A stretch of DNA of 32,000 nucleotides from Moraxella nasicaprae (GTDB lineage: Bacteria; Pseudomonadota; Gammaproteobacteria; Pseudomonadales; Moraxellaceae). The notes below the pieces were generated by a model that was not told where the DNA came from, did no database searches, and was given only the letters and a program-made list of their open reading frames with translations. Numbering within the stretch: position 1 is the first letter of the stretch; each line of letters starts with the position of its first letter. The DNA is taken from positions 90,001 to 122,000 of the forward strand of contig NZ_CP089977.1 in NCBI RefSeq assembly GCF_025643275.1, in the 5' to 3' direction. Position numbers and translations under genes: made by a program. This document shows, piece by piece, positions 1 to 8,024 of the stretch.

Positions 1-1
1 G

Positions 2-382
2 ATGAATGTCGTGCCGTACATTGATGTGATGCTCGTCTTGCTCATCATCTTTATGGTGGCAGCACCGATGCTGACCACAGGTGTTGATGTCTCTTTACCC
101 AAAGAGGCAACCAGCACCATTGACACCAAAGACGCCCTGCCCATCATCATCAGCATGAATCGGTCAGGCAACCTATTTGTCAGTCATCAAGATGGCTTAG
201 ATGAACCAATGTCGCTATCACAGCTGATGCCATTTTTGCAGGCAGCATTTGCCAAAAACAACCAAATACAAGTCCTCATCAATGCCGATGGGCAAAATAG
301 CTACAATGACATCATGCAAGTCATGGCGTTGGTTCAAAATGCTGGCATTGACCATGTCAGCCTATTAAGCGAGCCAAAATAA
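2..382 (+). CDS. tolR: TolR (ExbD/TolR-family biopolymer transport protein), 5'-truncated by the window edge
   Basis: The frame is open from the window edge. NVVPYIDVMLVLLIIFMVAAPMLT matches the ExbD/TolR transmembrane helix (E. coli TolR has EINIVPLLDVLLVLLLIFMATAP, recalled from memory). E. coli TolR has about 15 more N-terminal residues, so the listed Met is probably internal. tolA and tolB follow directly. Confidence 0.85.
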   Translation: MNVVPYIDVMLVLLIIFMVAAPMLTTGVDVSLPKEATSTIDTKDALPIIISMNRSGNLFVSHQDGLDEPMSLSQLMPFLQAAFAKNNQIQVLINADGQNSYNDIMQVMALVQNAGIDHVSLLSEPK

Positions 383-384
383 GT

Positions 385-1146
385 ATGAAACACGCTGCAT
401 TATGGCTCCCAATCTTACTAAGTTTACTGATTCATGCGGTGCTGGCTGTGTTGCTCTTTGTGCCGTTTTCATCGTCATACGACAGCCAGCCTACGATGGC
501 AACACTCATCAATCCAGATGAGTTTGCCGCTGCCAAAGCTCGGCTAAACGCTCATCATCAGCCAAACCAAACCACGCCACAAACTCAGACTCGCCAAAAT
601 CCTGATAGAGCTTGGCAAGCCTCTGATTATCAGCCTGTCAAATACAGCCAAAGTCAGATTGCCAGCACACCATCTAATGTCACGCCAACCGATTTTGGAC
701 AAACCCATGAGTCTAGCTACACACCCCCAGTCATGGACGAGATGAGTCAGATGGATAATCAGATGACTCAAAGCCAACTTGGGCAAGCTAAAAACCAAAC
801 CAAACAAACGGCGTCAGATGGAGAGTCATTGAACTTGGATAATCTTGGGCAGACTCAGCCAGCCGCCACACCAAAAGTGGACATTGCACAAGCTCAGGCT
901 GCGATTAACGCACGCATTGAGTCGATTTGGGCAAGTCACCCAAATCAGCCCAATCAGGCAATCAAACTTAGTGTATCGCTTGATGATGGCGGTCAGGTCA
1001 TTGGTATTAGCGTGCGTGCAGGACATCAAGACCTACTCCCTGCTGCCGAAGCCACGATACGAGCTGCCGCTCCATTCAGCGAACTTGCAGGCGTGAAAAA
1101 CTCTTTTGTCATCAATCTGGTTACCACCCAAGAAATCGCCCAATAA
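385..1146 (+). CDS. tolA: TolA-like cell-envelope integrity protein
   Basis: The ATG lies 3 nt after the tolR stop. It has an N-terminal TM anchor (LWLPILLSLLIHAVLAVLLFV), a long Q/T/S/N/P-rich linker and a C-terminal TolA/TonB-like fold (AINARIESIW...LSVSLDDGGQVIGISV). Its position between tolR and tolB supports the call. Confidence 0.75.
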   Translation: MKHAALWLPILLSLLIHAVLAVLLFVPFSSSYDSQPTMATLINPDEFAAAKARLNAHHQPNQTTPQTQTRQNPDRAWQASDYQPVKYSQSQIASTPSNVTPTDFGQTHESSYTPPVMDEMSQMDNQMTQSQLGQAKNQTKQTASDGESLNLDNLGQTQPAATPKVDIAQAQAAINARIESIWASHPNQPNQAIKLSVSLDDGGQVIGISVRAGHQDLLPAAEATIRAAAPFSELAGVKNSFVINLVTTQEIAQ

Positions 1147-1169
1147 CAAAACATGACCGAGCATTAACC

Positions 1170-2432
1170 ATGAAACATTACTCAATCTTCTTATTTAGTA
1201 CCATCTTGCTGGCAACTCATCATACATCAGCATGGGCAGATTCTGATGAAATCATCGTCAGCAAGGCAGGCGTTGCCAGTCCTCACCAAATCGCCATCGT
1301 GCCATTTATTGGAGATGCGTTTGGAGCATATCAGACCATCACAACCAACCTAAACAGCACCGAATTGGGGGCAAACAGCCAAAATCTGCCCCAAAAAACC
1401 GCCTCAACACAGGCAATTTTTAGCGATTTGACCACTTGGCGAAACTTAGGCTATCGCTATGTGGTTGTCGGGCAAGCACATTCAATCGCTGGCAACAAAA
1501 TCGCCATCAGTCATGAGATTATTGATACGCATGGCGAAAAAACCTTGGGCGGTAAACAAACTCAGATTAGCGACAACAATCCAACCGTCATTCAAGCCGC
1601 CACACACCAAATCAGCAATCAGATTTATCAAAAAATCACAGGCAATTTGGCAGATTTTGGAACAAAAATCGCCTATGTCGAAAAAACAGGCGAACAAGCC
1701 ACGCTAATAGTCACAGACACACAAGGCAAGCAAAGTCATCGTTTGTTTAGCGTCAAAGGCACTATCCAAAATCCTGCATTTTCGCCAGATGGCACAAAAA
1801 TTGCATATAGCGTTCAGCAAGATGGTGCTTTGCCAGTCATTTATTTACAATCACTACAAGGTGGCGATGCTCGCATCATTACACCATTTTGGGGGCATAA
1901 TCTATCGCCATCATTCTCGCCAGATGGTCATGCTGTGATATTTTCAGGCAGCCACGATGACAACAACCCCAACATTTATCGTTTGGACTTACTTGCCAAT
2001 CGTCTAGATACGCTGACTGATTTGTCTGGTGCCGAAAACTCGCCACGCTATCTGCCAAATGGACAAGGTTTTATTTTTACCGCTGATAATGGCACTCGCA
2101 CTCAGCATCTATATCGCCAAACTTTCGCCAACAAAGAGCGAGTACAGATTGCCAGTAACGCCAGCAACCCACAATCCTCTCTTGATGGACAAAAGATACT
2201 CTATGTCACAGGGCTAACCATCATTGTTACTGACAAGGCAGGAAGAATACTGGCACAAATCCCAACCAACGGTGGAGAGATTGCCGCTAGTTTTTCGCCC
2301 TCTGGCAACCAAATCATCTACACCGCTTGGCAAAACGGACAAAACAAGCTAAGTATCTATTCCTTGACCAACAAAAAATCCAGCACGCTATCAACGTTGG
2401 GTGCTGCCTACGATCCTGCGTGGTCAAAATGA
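1170..2432 (+). CDS. tolB: TolB periplasmic beta-propeller protein
   Basis: It has a signal peptide (FLFSTILLATHHTSAWA). Propeller-blade motifs recur: FSPDGTKIAYS, FSPDGHAVIFS, FSPSGNQIIYT. Both the 420-aa size and the gene order are typical of TolB. Confidence 0.9.
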   Translation: MKHYSIFLFSTILLATHHTSAWADSDEIIVSKAGVASPHQIAIVPFIGDAFGAYQTITTNLNSTELGANSQNLPQKTASTQAIFSDLTTWRNLGYRYVVVGQAHSIAGNKIAISHEIIDTHGEKTLGGKQTQISDNNPTVIQAATHQISNQIYQKITGNLADFGTKIAYVEKTGEQATLIVTDTQGKQSHRLFSVKGTIQNPAFSPDGTKIAYSVQQDGALPVIYLQSLQGGDARIITPFWGHNLSPSFSPDGHAVIFSGSHDDNNPNIYRLDLLANRLDTLTDLSGAENSPRYLPNGQGFIFTADNGTRTQHLYRQTFANKERVQIASNASNPQSSLDGQKILYVTGLTIIVTDKAGRILAQIPTNGGEIAASFSPSGNQIIYTAWQNGQNKLSIYSLTNKKSSTLSTLGAAYDPAWSK

Positions 2433-2722
2433 TGAATCATGGTACATCTCATACGCCATCTTTTAGGCAACAGACTGTCAAAAATACGGTCAGAGTGCTG
2501 ATGATGAGTGGCGTGTTTTGGCTGACTGGTTGTCATCATTGGCAATTGGCAAATAATCCCATTCCCGTCAGCCTAAACGACACATCTCTACCAGCTCGTC
2601 CAATTCAGCGTAGTTTTGTACTACCTAGTAGCATGCAGCATGAACAGCCCAGCCAAAAAAATAAACCAAGCAAAAAACCCACACCCACACGCTTTGTGTA
2701 TTTATTGGAAAATTGGTTTTAG
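2429..2722 (+). CDS. small hypothetical lipoprotein (no OmpA/Pal domain)
   Basis: The ATG overlaps the tolB stop (ATGA at 2429-2432), which suggests translational coupling. It has a lipobox-like VFWLTGC and a P/K/Q/S-rich C-terminus, and an intrinsic terminator follows. The longer form from 2327 lies inside tolB and is rejected. Confidence 0.5.
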   Translation: MMNHGTSHTPSFRQQTVKNTVRVLMMSGVFWLTGCHHWQLANNPIPVSLNDTSLPARPIQRSFVLPSSMQHEQPSQKNKPSKKPTPTRFVYLLENWF

Positions 2723-2729
2723 CACAAAC

Positions 2730-2758
2730 AAAAACCCATCATTTAAGATGGGTTTTTT
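2730..2758. terminator. bidirectional rho-independent terminator between convergent genes
   Basis: The sequence is aaaaaCCCATC-atttaa-GATGGGttttt. That gives a 6-bp GC-containing stem extended by a 5-bp A:T run, an A-tract on one side and a T-tract on the other. It sits between the stops at 2722 (+) and 2762 (-). Confidence 0.8.
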
Positions 2759-2761
2759 AAA

Positions 2762-3310
2762 TCAATCAACCGTCATTTGGGCAACTGAACGCAACAAAAC
2801 AGCATTAGCACCATTTTGCGATAAGGTCGCTCTGGACGATGTCTTAATAGTAACAGGCTTGCCATCTTGCGTCCAAGTCTCTGTGGTATCTACCTGTGCT
2901 CGTGCCTGATTGCCTGAGATGACCACATCACTGATGTCGATGCGATAGCGATAATTACTCGCCCTAGCCCAGCTTTTTTGGAGTAATTGAAGATAGTCTT
3001 CTTTGCCTAGACTACTGGTTTTGCCATTTCTGGTGATAGAAATGACCGCATCATCAGCGATGAGCTTAGAAACTTGGGCGATATTTTGATTATTCGCAGC
3101 GGTATTCATGGCAGCAGCATAACTGCTGACTGCTGACTCATTGATGGCATGGGCAGACATTGAAACCACAGGCAAGGCAATCGCCCCAGCCAAAAGACCC
3201 TGTGCCATCTTTTTGTTCATCATCAAGCCAAATGCTTTTATGCTGGCTGATAACAAAGCACTTTGGGTGATTGTTTGAATCTTTGCTATAAATTGGGTGT
3301 TCTGTTTCAT
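2762..3310 (-). CDS. exported NTF2/SnoaL-like (DUF4440-type) protein, function unknown
   Basis: A perfect AGGAGG lies 4 nt upstream of the ATG at 3310. There is an internal Sec-type signal (MMNKKMAQGLLAGAIALPVVSMSAHA) starting at residue 30. The C-terminal ~110 aa have the alternating pattern of SnoaL-like domains. The fold assignment is by eye only. Confidence 0.55.
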   Translation of the reverse strand: MKQNTQFIAKIQTITQSALLSASIKAFGLMMNKKMAQGLLAGAIALPVVSMSAHAINESAVSSYAAAMNTAANNQNIAQVSKLIADDAVISITRNGKTSSLGKEDYLQLLQKSWARASNYRYRIDISDVVISGNQARAQVDTTETWTQDGKPVTIKTSSRATLSQNGANAVLLRSVAQMTVD

Positions 3311-3352
3311 AGAACCTCCTTCATTGACGCACGCATCATAGAGACTGTGCTG

Positions 3353-3364
3353 TTTTCCATTAAG
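3353..3364. repeat. 12-bp direct repeat copy 1 (ttttccattaag)
   Basis: An exact 12-mer occurs at 3353-3364 and again at 3394-3405, 41 bp start to start. Both copies lie in the promoter region upstream of the minus-strand gene that starts at 3310. Confidence 0.6.
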
Positions 3365-3393
3365 GCATCTTAAATACAGCTTTAATGATTTGA

Positions 3394-3405
3394 TTTTCCA
3401 TTAAG
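3394..3405. repeat. 12-bp direct repeat copy 2 (ttttccattaag)
   Basis: See copy 1; the match is exact. Confidence 0.6.
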
Positions 3406-3479
3406 ATAACATAAAAAACTTAATCAAACTTGGCTAATTGTAACATTTTGTTGCATTTTAGCAGAAATTATTGAAACCA

Positions 3480-4658
3480 TCAGACCTCATCTAAGGCATC
3501 GTCTTGTTCAAGTTTTGCACCCAATCGTTTCATTCGGCGTTCCATCAACTGACGAGCCAAAGTCTGCATGTCGTCCACACGGTCAAACTCATCGACAATC
3601 TCCAAGCCTAGCAAGGTTTCTAGCACATCTTCTAAGCTGACCAAACCTTTGACTTCGCCAAATTCTCCCACCGCCAAAGCGATATGCACCTGCTCTTTTA
3701 GCATCAAATCCAGCAAATCAAACAGTTTCATCTTGGCAAACACAAAGTTGATTTCCCGCTTAAACTGCTTGATGGGCAGATGAATTTCTTGATTGGCCTT
3801 GGCAATCAATAAGTCTGATTTTAGGACAAAACCTGTGGCACTATCCAAATCTTCATCAAAGATTGGAAAACGAGAAAATGGTAACTTTGGGTGCTTGGCA
3901 AACACATCGCCAACACTCATCTGCTCGTCAAATGCCATAATCACCGAACGAGGCGTGATGATGTCTTCGACATTAATCATGCTAAGTGCTAATGAATTGC
4001 GAATGATACGGGTTTCCAGTTCGCTCATCTGTCCTGAGCTTTCGCCTGCATTTGCCAATGCCAAAAATTCGTGGCGATTAAAGCCGCTTTCTTGATGACC
4101 TTTGGTCAAGAAACGAGAAATTTTTTCGGTCACCCAGATGATTGGCATCAAAAGAATGTTAATGCCTTTGACATAATACGCCACTGGCAAGGCAAATCGT
4201 CGCCAGTAAGTTGTGCCAAGCGTTTTTGGAATGATTTCTGTACCAATCAAAATCACTAGGGTCATCAAGGCACTAAATACCCCAAACCACATATCGCCAA
4301 ACACGATGACCGCCTGAGCCCCCGCCCCCAAAGAACCTAGCGTGTGAGCGACTGTATTTAAGGTTAAGATGGCAGAGATGGATTTTTCGATGTTTTGCAC
4401 CTTGACATCGTGCAAAATGCTGGCAGCTTTTGGATTGTCCTCTTGTAGAGTATCGATGTATGATGGCGTCATTGTCAATAAAGTCGCCTCAGAAATAGAA
4501 CAAACGAACGACACCACTAATGACAAAGAAATAAAAAAGATGAGTAATAATAAATTAACCGCATCACCGCCCAAGCCACCACCGCTGGCAAAGGCTGTCA
4601 TGGGCAGACTGATGGATAAAAAAGCAAGTATCAATAAACTGGTTCGGTGTCGGGACAT
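3480..4658 (-). CDS. CNNM/DUF21 + CBS-pair membrane protein (HlyC/CorC-family transporter lacking the C-terminal CorC_HlyC domain)
   Basis: The N-terminal half has four hydrophobic helices. Two CBS-like repeats follow (IITPRSVIMAFDEQMSVGDV..., IALAVGEFGEVKGLVSLEDVLETLLG). The protein ends about 45 aa after the CBS pair. Confidence 0.75.
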   Translation of the reverse strand: MSRHRTSLLILAFLSISLPMTAFASGGGLGGDAVNLLLLIFFISLSLVVSFVCSISEATLLTMTPSYIDTLQEDNPKAASILHDVKVQNIEKSISAILTLNTVAHTLGSLGAGAQAVIVFGDMWFGVFSALMTLVILIGTEIIPKTLGTTYWRRFALPVAYYVKGINILLMPIIWVTEKISRFLTKGHQESGFNRHEFLALANAGESSGQMSELETRIIRNSLALSMINVEDIITPRSVIMAFDEQMSVGDVFAKHPKLPFSRFPIFDEDLDSATGFVLKSDLLIAKANQEIHLPIKQFKREINFVFAKMKLFDLLDLMLKEQVHIALAVGEFGEVKGLVSLEDVLETLLGLEIVDEFDRVDDMQTLARQLMERRMKRLGAKLEQDDALDEV

Positions 4659-4784
4659 ATGATTAAAATATTACGAAAATTACCTTTCATCTTATGATAA
4701 AATCCACAGAACTGCAAGCAAAACTTTGTTGTTTTATCGCAAAGACTGCAAATCCACCAGCCAACTCATCAAACCTAAGGTGTT

Positions 4785-5612
4785 TTATTTTTTAATGATG
4801 ACCATCGCCATTCTGCCTGTGGCGGATTTGCCAGCGTGCGTTTGGGCACGATAAGAATACAAGGAAGCCGTCTGATAGCTACACAATATGGGTGTATCCA
4901 CGATGTTTACACCTTGATGAGCAAGCTGCAATTTGGTCAATGTAGTCAAATCAATATGCACCTTATCATCGCCTGATGGCATGATGATTGTGTCAAATAA
5001 TGAATGATAATCCATCGCCACCAAAGATGAGCTGACCACCGTTTGGCAAATTTTATCCGCCAACGCACGGTCTATCTCATACGCCGCCTGTGAAATACAC
5101 GCCCCAATCACCGCAGATAGGTCAGAACGATTGGTGTGTAACCGCTGCACCGTTTTGGCAATAATGCCATTGGTTAAGCCCTGCCAACCTGCGTGAATAC
5201 AAGCAATGCCACCACCTTGTCTATCAAACATAGCAATTGGCACGCAATCAGCAGTCATGATGGACAGACCAACACCTGACCGATTCGTCATTAACGCATC
5301 TGCTGCATCTGCCACCAATCCCAAAGTCGCATCATCGACATCATGCACCACATCGCCATGCACCTGATTAAGCCAATAGATGGCATTTGCTGGCGTGATG
5401 GCTTGTATGGCGGATAGTAATTTGGCACGGTTGGCAAGTACCTGCTGTGGATTGTCATTGACATGCAACCCTAAATTAAACGCTCCGTACAAATCGTCCA
5501 GATTGGTCTTGTCAAATGCACCTGCATGCGTCTGCACCACCAAAATCGCATCATCTTGGTATAAAATCTGCATTGGGGCATTGCTTTGATTGTCATGAAT
5601 ATTATTCATCAT
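4785..5612 (-). CDS. pgeF: YfiH/PgeF family (peptidoglycan editing factor / laccase-domain) protein
   Basis: It carries motifs typical of the family: QVHGDVV, MTADCVPI, IHAGWQGL, CSYQ...YSYR. It lies directly downstream of rluD, as in many gammaproteobacteria. Confidence 0.85.
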   Translation of the reverse strand: MMNNIHDNQSNAPMQILYQDDAILVVQTHAGAFDKTNLDDLYGAFNLGLHVNDNPQQVLANRAKLLSAIQAITPANAIYWLNQVHGDVVHDVDDATLGLVADAADALMTNRSGVGLSIMTADCVPIAMFDRQGGGIACIHAGWQGLTNGIIAKTVQRLHTNRSDLSAVIGACISQAAYEIDRALADKICQTVVSSSLVAMDYHSLFDTIIMPSGDDKVHIDLTTLTKLQLAHQGVNIVDTPILCSYQTASLYSYRAQTHAGKSATGRMAMVIIKK

Positions 5613-5633
5613 CTACACCATCATTTTTTATCA

Positions 5634-6662
5634 TCAGTTTGACAAAATCGCCATCAAATCCTGCATGTCTGCTGGCAAAGATGCACTAAATTTCATCTGC
5701 TCGCCTGTCGTTGGATGAATAAATCCCAACTGATGGGCATGCAATGCTTGCCGACCAAAATTGAGCACTGCCGTTCTTTGAGCTTCATTTAATCCTGAGC
5801 GTGGCGATGTACCATAAACTTTATCGCCCACCAAAGGGTGTCCCACATGCGACAGATGGACTCGGATTTGGTGGGTTCTGCCTGTCTGCAACTGCACATC
5901 AACCAAGCTGTATCGTTCATGCAACGCTTTGGCGGCAATCAGATGAGTAATGGCAGGCTTGCCTGTATCTCTGACCGCCATTTTGGTACGCTGAGTCGGG
6001 TGTCGCCCAATAGGCAAATCAATGCACGAATGCCTCATGATTTCGTGTGGTGCACCAAGTGCGATACATTGGTAGTGGCGATACACGCTTTTGTCTTTAA
6101 GCTGGTCGATGAGATTAAGCTGTGCTGTTTTGGTTCTTGCCACAACCAAAAGCCCTGTGGTGTCTTTATCAATCCGATGCACCAATCCTGCTCTGGGCAG
6201 ATGTGACTGGTTAGGATAGTGATACAACAAAGCATTGACCAAAGTCCCCTGCCAGTTACCCGCTCCTGGGTGTACCACCATGCCAGCAGGTTTGTTAATC
6301 ACAAGCACTTCATCATCTTGATATATCACATCAATGGCGATATTTTCAGGCAAATCCTCAGAATGATGATTTAGCACAGCATTCAGCGTCAAATGGTCGC
6401 CCAATTTAACGGCATATTTTGGCTTGACCATCTGCTCATTGACCAATAGCTGACCTGCCTCAATGAACTTTTGCAAATTGGCACGAGAAAACCCTTCAAA
6501 AACCCGACTGGCACATTTATCCAATCGCAGTCCCACATCCGCTTCATTGACCACATAGGACTGCTCTTCGGTCGGTTCTGCCATCAAGTCATCATCGCCA
6601 AGCGTCATTTGAGTCAATGGCTGCTCATCTGTCATCATCTTAGAGTTACCCAATTCATTCAT
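5634..6662 (-). CDS. rluD: 23S rRNA pseudouridine synthase, RluD type
   Basis: It has an S4-like N-terminal domain (RLDKCASRVFEGFSRANLQKFIEAGQLLVN). The catalytic motif is HRIDKDTTGLLVVA, and TGRTHQIRVHL is present. It is divergent from bamD, the classical arrangement. The exact start is uncertain because several in-frame Met codons are available. Confidence 0.88.
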   Translation of the reverse strand: MNELGNSKMMTDEQPLTQMTLGDDDLMAEPTEEQSYVVNEADVGLRLDKCASRVFEGFSRANLQKFIEAGQLLVNEQMVKPKYAVKLGDHLTLNAVLNHHSEDLPENIAIDVIYQDDEVLVINKPAGMVVHPGAGNWQGTLVNALLYHYPNQSHLPRAGLVHRIDKDTTGLLVVARTKTAQLNLIDQLKDKSVYRHYQCIALGAPHEIMRHSCIDLPIGRHPTQRTKMAVRDTGKPAITHLIAAKALHERYSLVDVQLQTGRTHQIRVHLSHVGHPLVGDKVYGTSPRSGLNEAQRTAVLNFGRQALHAHQLGFIHPTTGEQMKFSASLPADMQDLMAILSN

Positions 6663-6891
6663 TAAACATAAAAGCCACTAATGTAGCATATTTTTGTATC
6701 ACTGGCTATCTTTGGCTGGTTAATACCTTGCTTTTTGTACCCAAAATATCATCATTGGCGTACAACTTGTGTCATCCATCATCTTTTTTTAAATAAGGAT
6801 TTTATCATCACTTGTCACCGCTTTCGTTGTGTTGCTCAGCAATTCGTGCTAAACTAGGGTTATTGATTGATTAAAATTTGAGGATATTATA

Positions 6892-7977
6892 ATGAAATCC
6901 GTTCATCACCCCCTAAAAATCGCCCTAAGCAGCGTGCTGATTGTCAGTCTTTTGACCACCACAGGCTGTGCCAGCATGAGTGGACTATTTGGCAAAAAGA
7001 AAAAAAGCGATGTCATTGCCACCGCTGAACAAAGCGAAGAGCAATACTACGCCCAAGCACAGCGGGCCTTAGAAAAATCGCACAACAACGAAGCGATTTT
7101 GGCACTCAACAATATCCGCACCTTTTATCCAACAGGTGCTTATGCTCAGCAAGCACTCCTTGACTTGATTTATGCTCAATATCAATCAGGCGACTACGAA
7201 TCAGTCACCAAAAATACTGCCGAGTTCATTCGTCTGTATCCAACAAGTCAGCACCTTGACTATGCTTTGTATGTACAAGGTGTTACCAATATGGGTGGAG
7301 CACCAAAAGCATCTCGCCTATTCAAAAGCGACCAAGCTCAGCGAAACACCGCCTATTTGCGTTTGGCATTCAATGATTTTCAGACATTGATTAGCAATTT
7401 CCCAAACAGTCCGTATGCCGCTGATGCTGCTCAGCGTATGATTGCCATCTATAATGATTTGGCAGAAAATGAACTGGTGGCAGCTCGCTGGTATGTCAAA
7501 CGAGATGCCATGGTGGCAGCTGCCAACCGTGCTAAATGGGCATTTCAATACTTCCCACAATCCACCGCAGTTCCTGAGGCAATCGCTATTTTGGCTTATG
7601 CCAATGACAAACTTGGTTTGACAGACACCGCCAACCAATATAAAACTTTGCTACAAATCAATTATCCACAATATCTAAACAGCAATGGCTCGGTGCGTGT
7701 CAATACAGACAATCAGTCCTTGACCAAAAAAGCCCTATCCACCCTCACTTTTGGCAAACTAGGTCGCATCAAGCATGATGCTGGCTATCAAGGTCAATAC
7801 ACGGGCGAAACTCGCACACAGGTCATTCGTCAAGCAGGCATGCTAAGCCTACCAGAAGTCAATGTGCCACAAGATAGTGAAGAAAGCCAAGAAACACCTC
7901 GTCGCCGACCCAGCCTAAACTTAGGTCTGCCAAGCCAAGAGGCGAACGCTGGTCACTTGAACGACAAACCACAATGA
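6892..7977 (+). CDS. bamD: outer-membrane protein assembly factor BamD (YfiO/ComL) with a long C-terminal extension
   Basis: GAGGA lies upstream of the ATG. It has a lipoprotein signal with lipobox LTTTGC and TPR-like repeats (YYAQAQRALEKSHNNEAILALNNIRTFYP..., NFPNSPYAADAAQRMIAIYNDLAENELVAARWY). It is divergent from rluD. Confidence 0.88.
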   Translation: MKSVHHPLKIALSSVLIVSLLTTTGCASMSGLFGKKKKSDVIATAEQSEEQYYAQAQRALEKSHNNEAILALNNIRTFYPTGAYAQQALLDLIYAQYQSGDYESVTKNTAEFIRLYPTSQHLDYALYVQGVTNMGGAPKASRLFKSDQAQRNTAYLRLAFNDFQTLISNFPNSPYAADAAQRMIAIYNDLAENELVAARWYVKRDAMVAAANRAKWAFQYFPQSTAVPEAIAILAYANDKLGLTDTANQYKTLLQINYPQYLNSNGSVRVNTDNQSLTKKALSTLTFGKLGRIKHDAGYQGQYTGETRTQVIRQAGMLSLPEVNVPQDSEESQETPRRRPSLNLGLPSQEANAGHLNDKPQ

Positions 7978-7985
7978 AATAAAAA

Positions 7986-8011
7986 TTAAGACGACTTTGA
8001 TGTCGTCTTAA
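7986..8011. other. perfect 10-bp stem-loop between bamD and dnaG
   Basis: The sequence is TTAAGACGAC-tttgat-GTCGTCTTAA. An A-run precedes it and no T-run follows on the + strand, so it resembles an intrinsic terminator only in the antisense orientation. Confidence 0.6.
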
Positions 8012-8024
8012 TCATCTATACATC

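Noticed and set aside
2327-2428. Long form of the post-tolB ORF starting at 2327
   Set aside because: Its first 34 codons lie inside the tolB coding frame. The ATG at 2429, which overlaps the tolB stop, is the parsimonious start.
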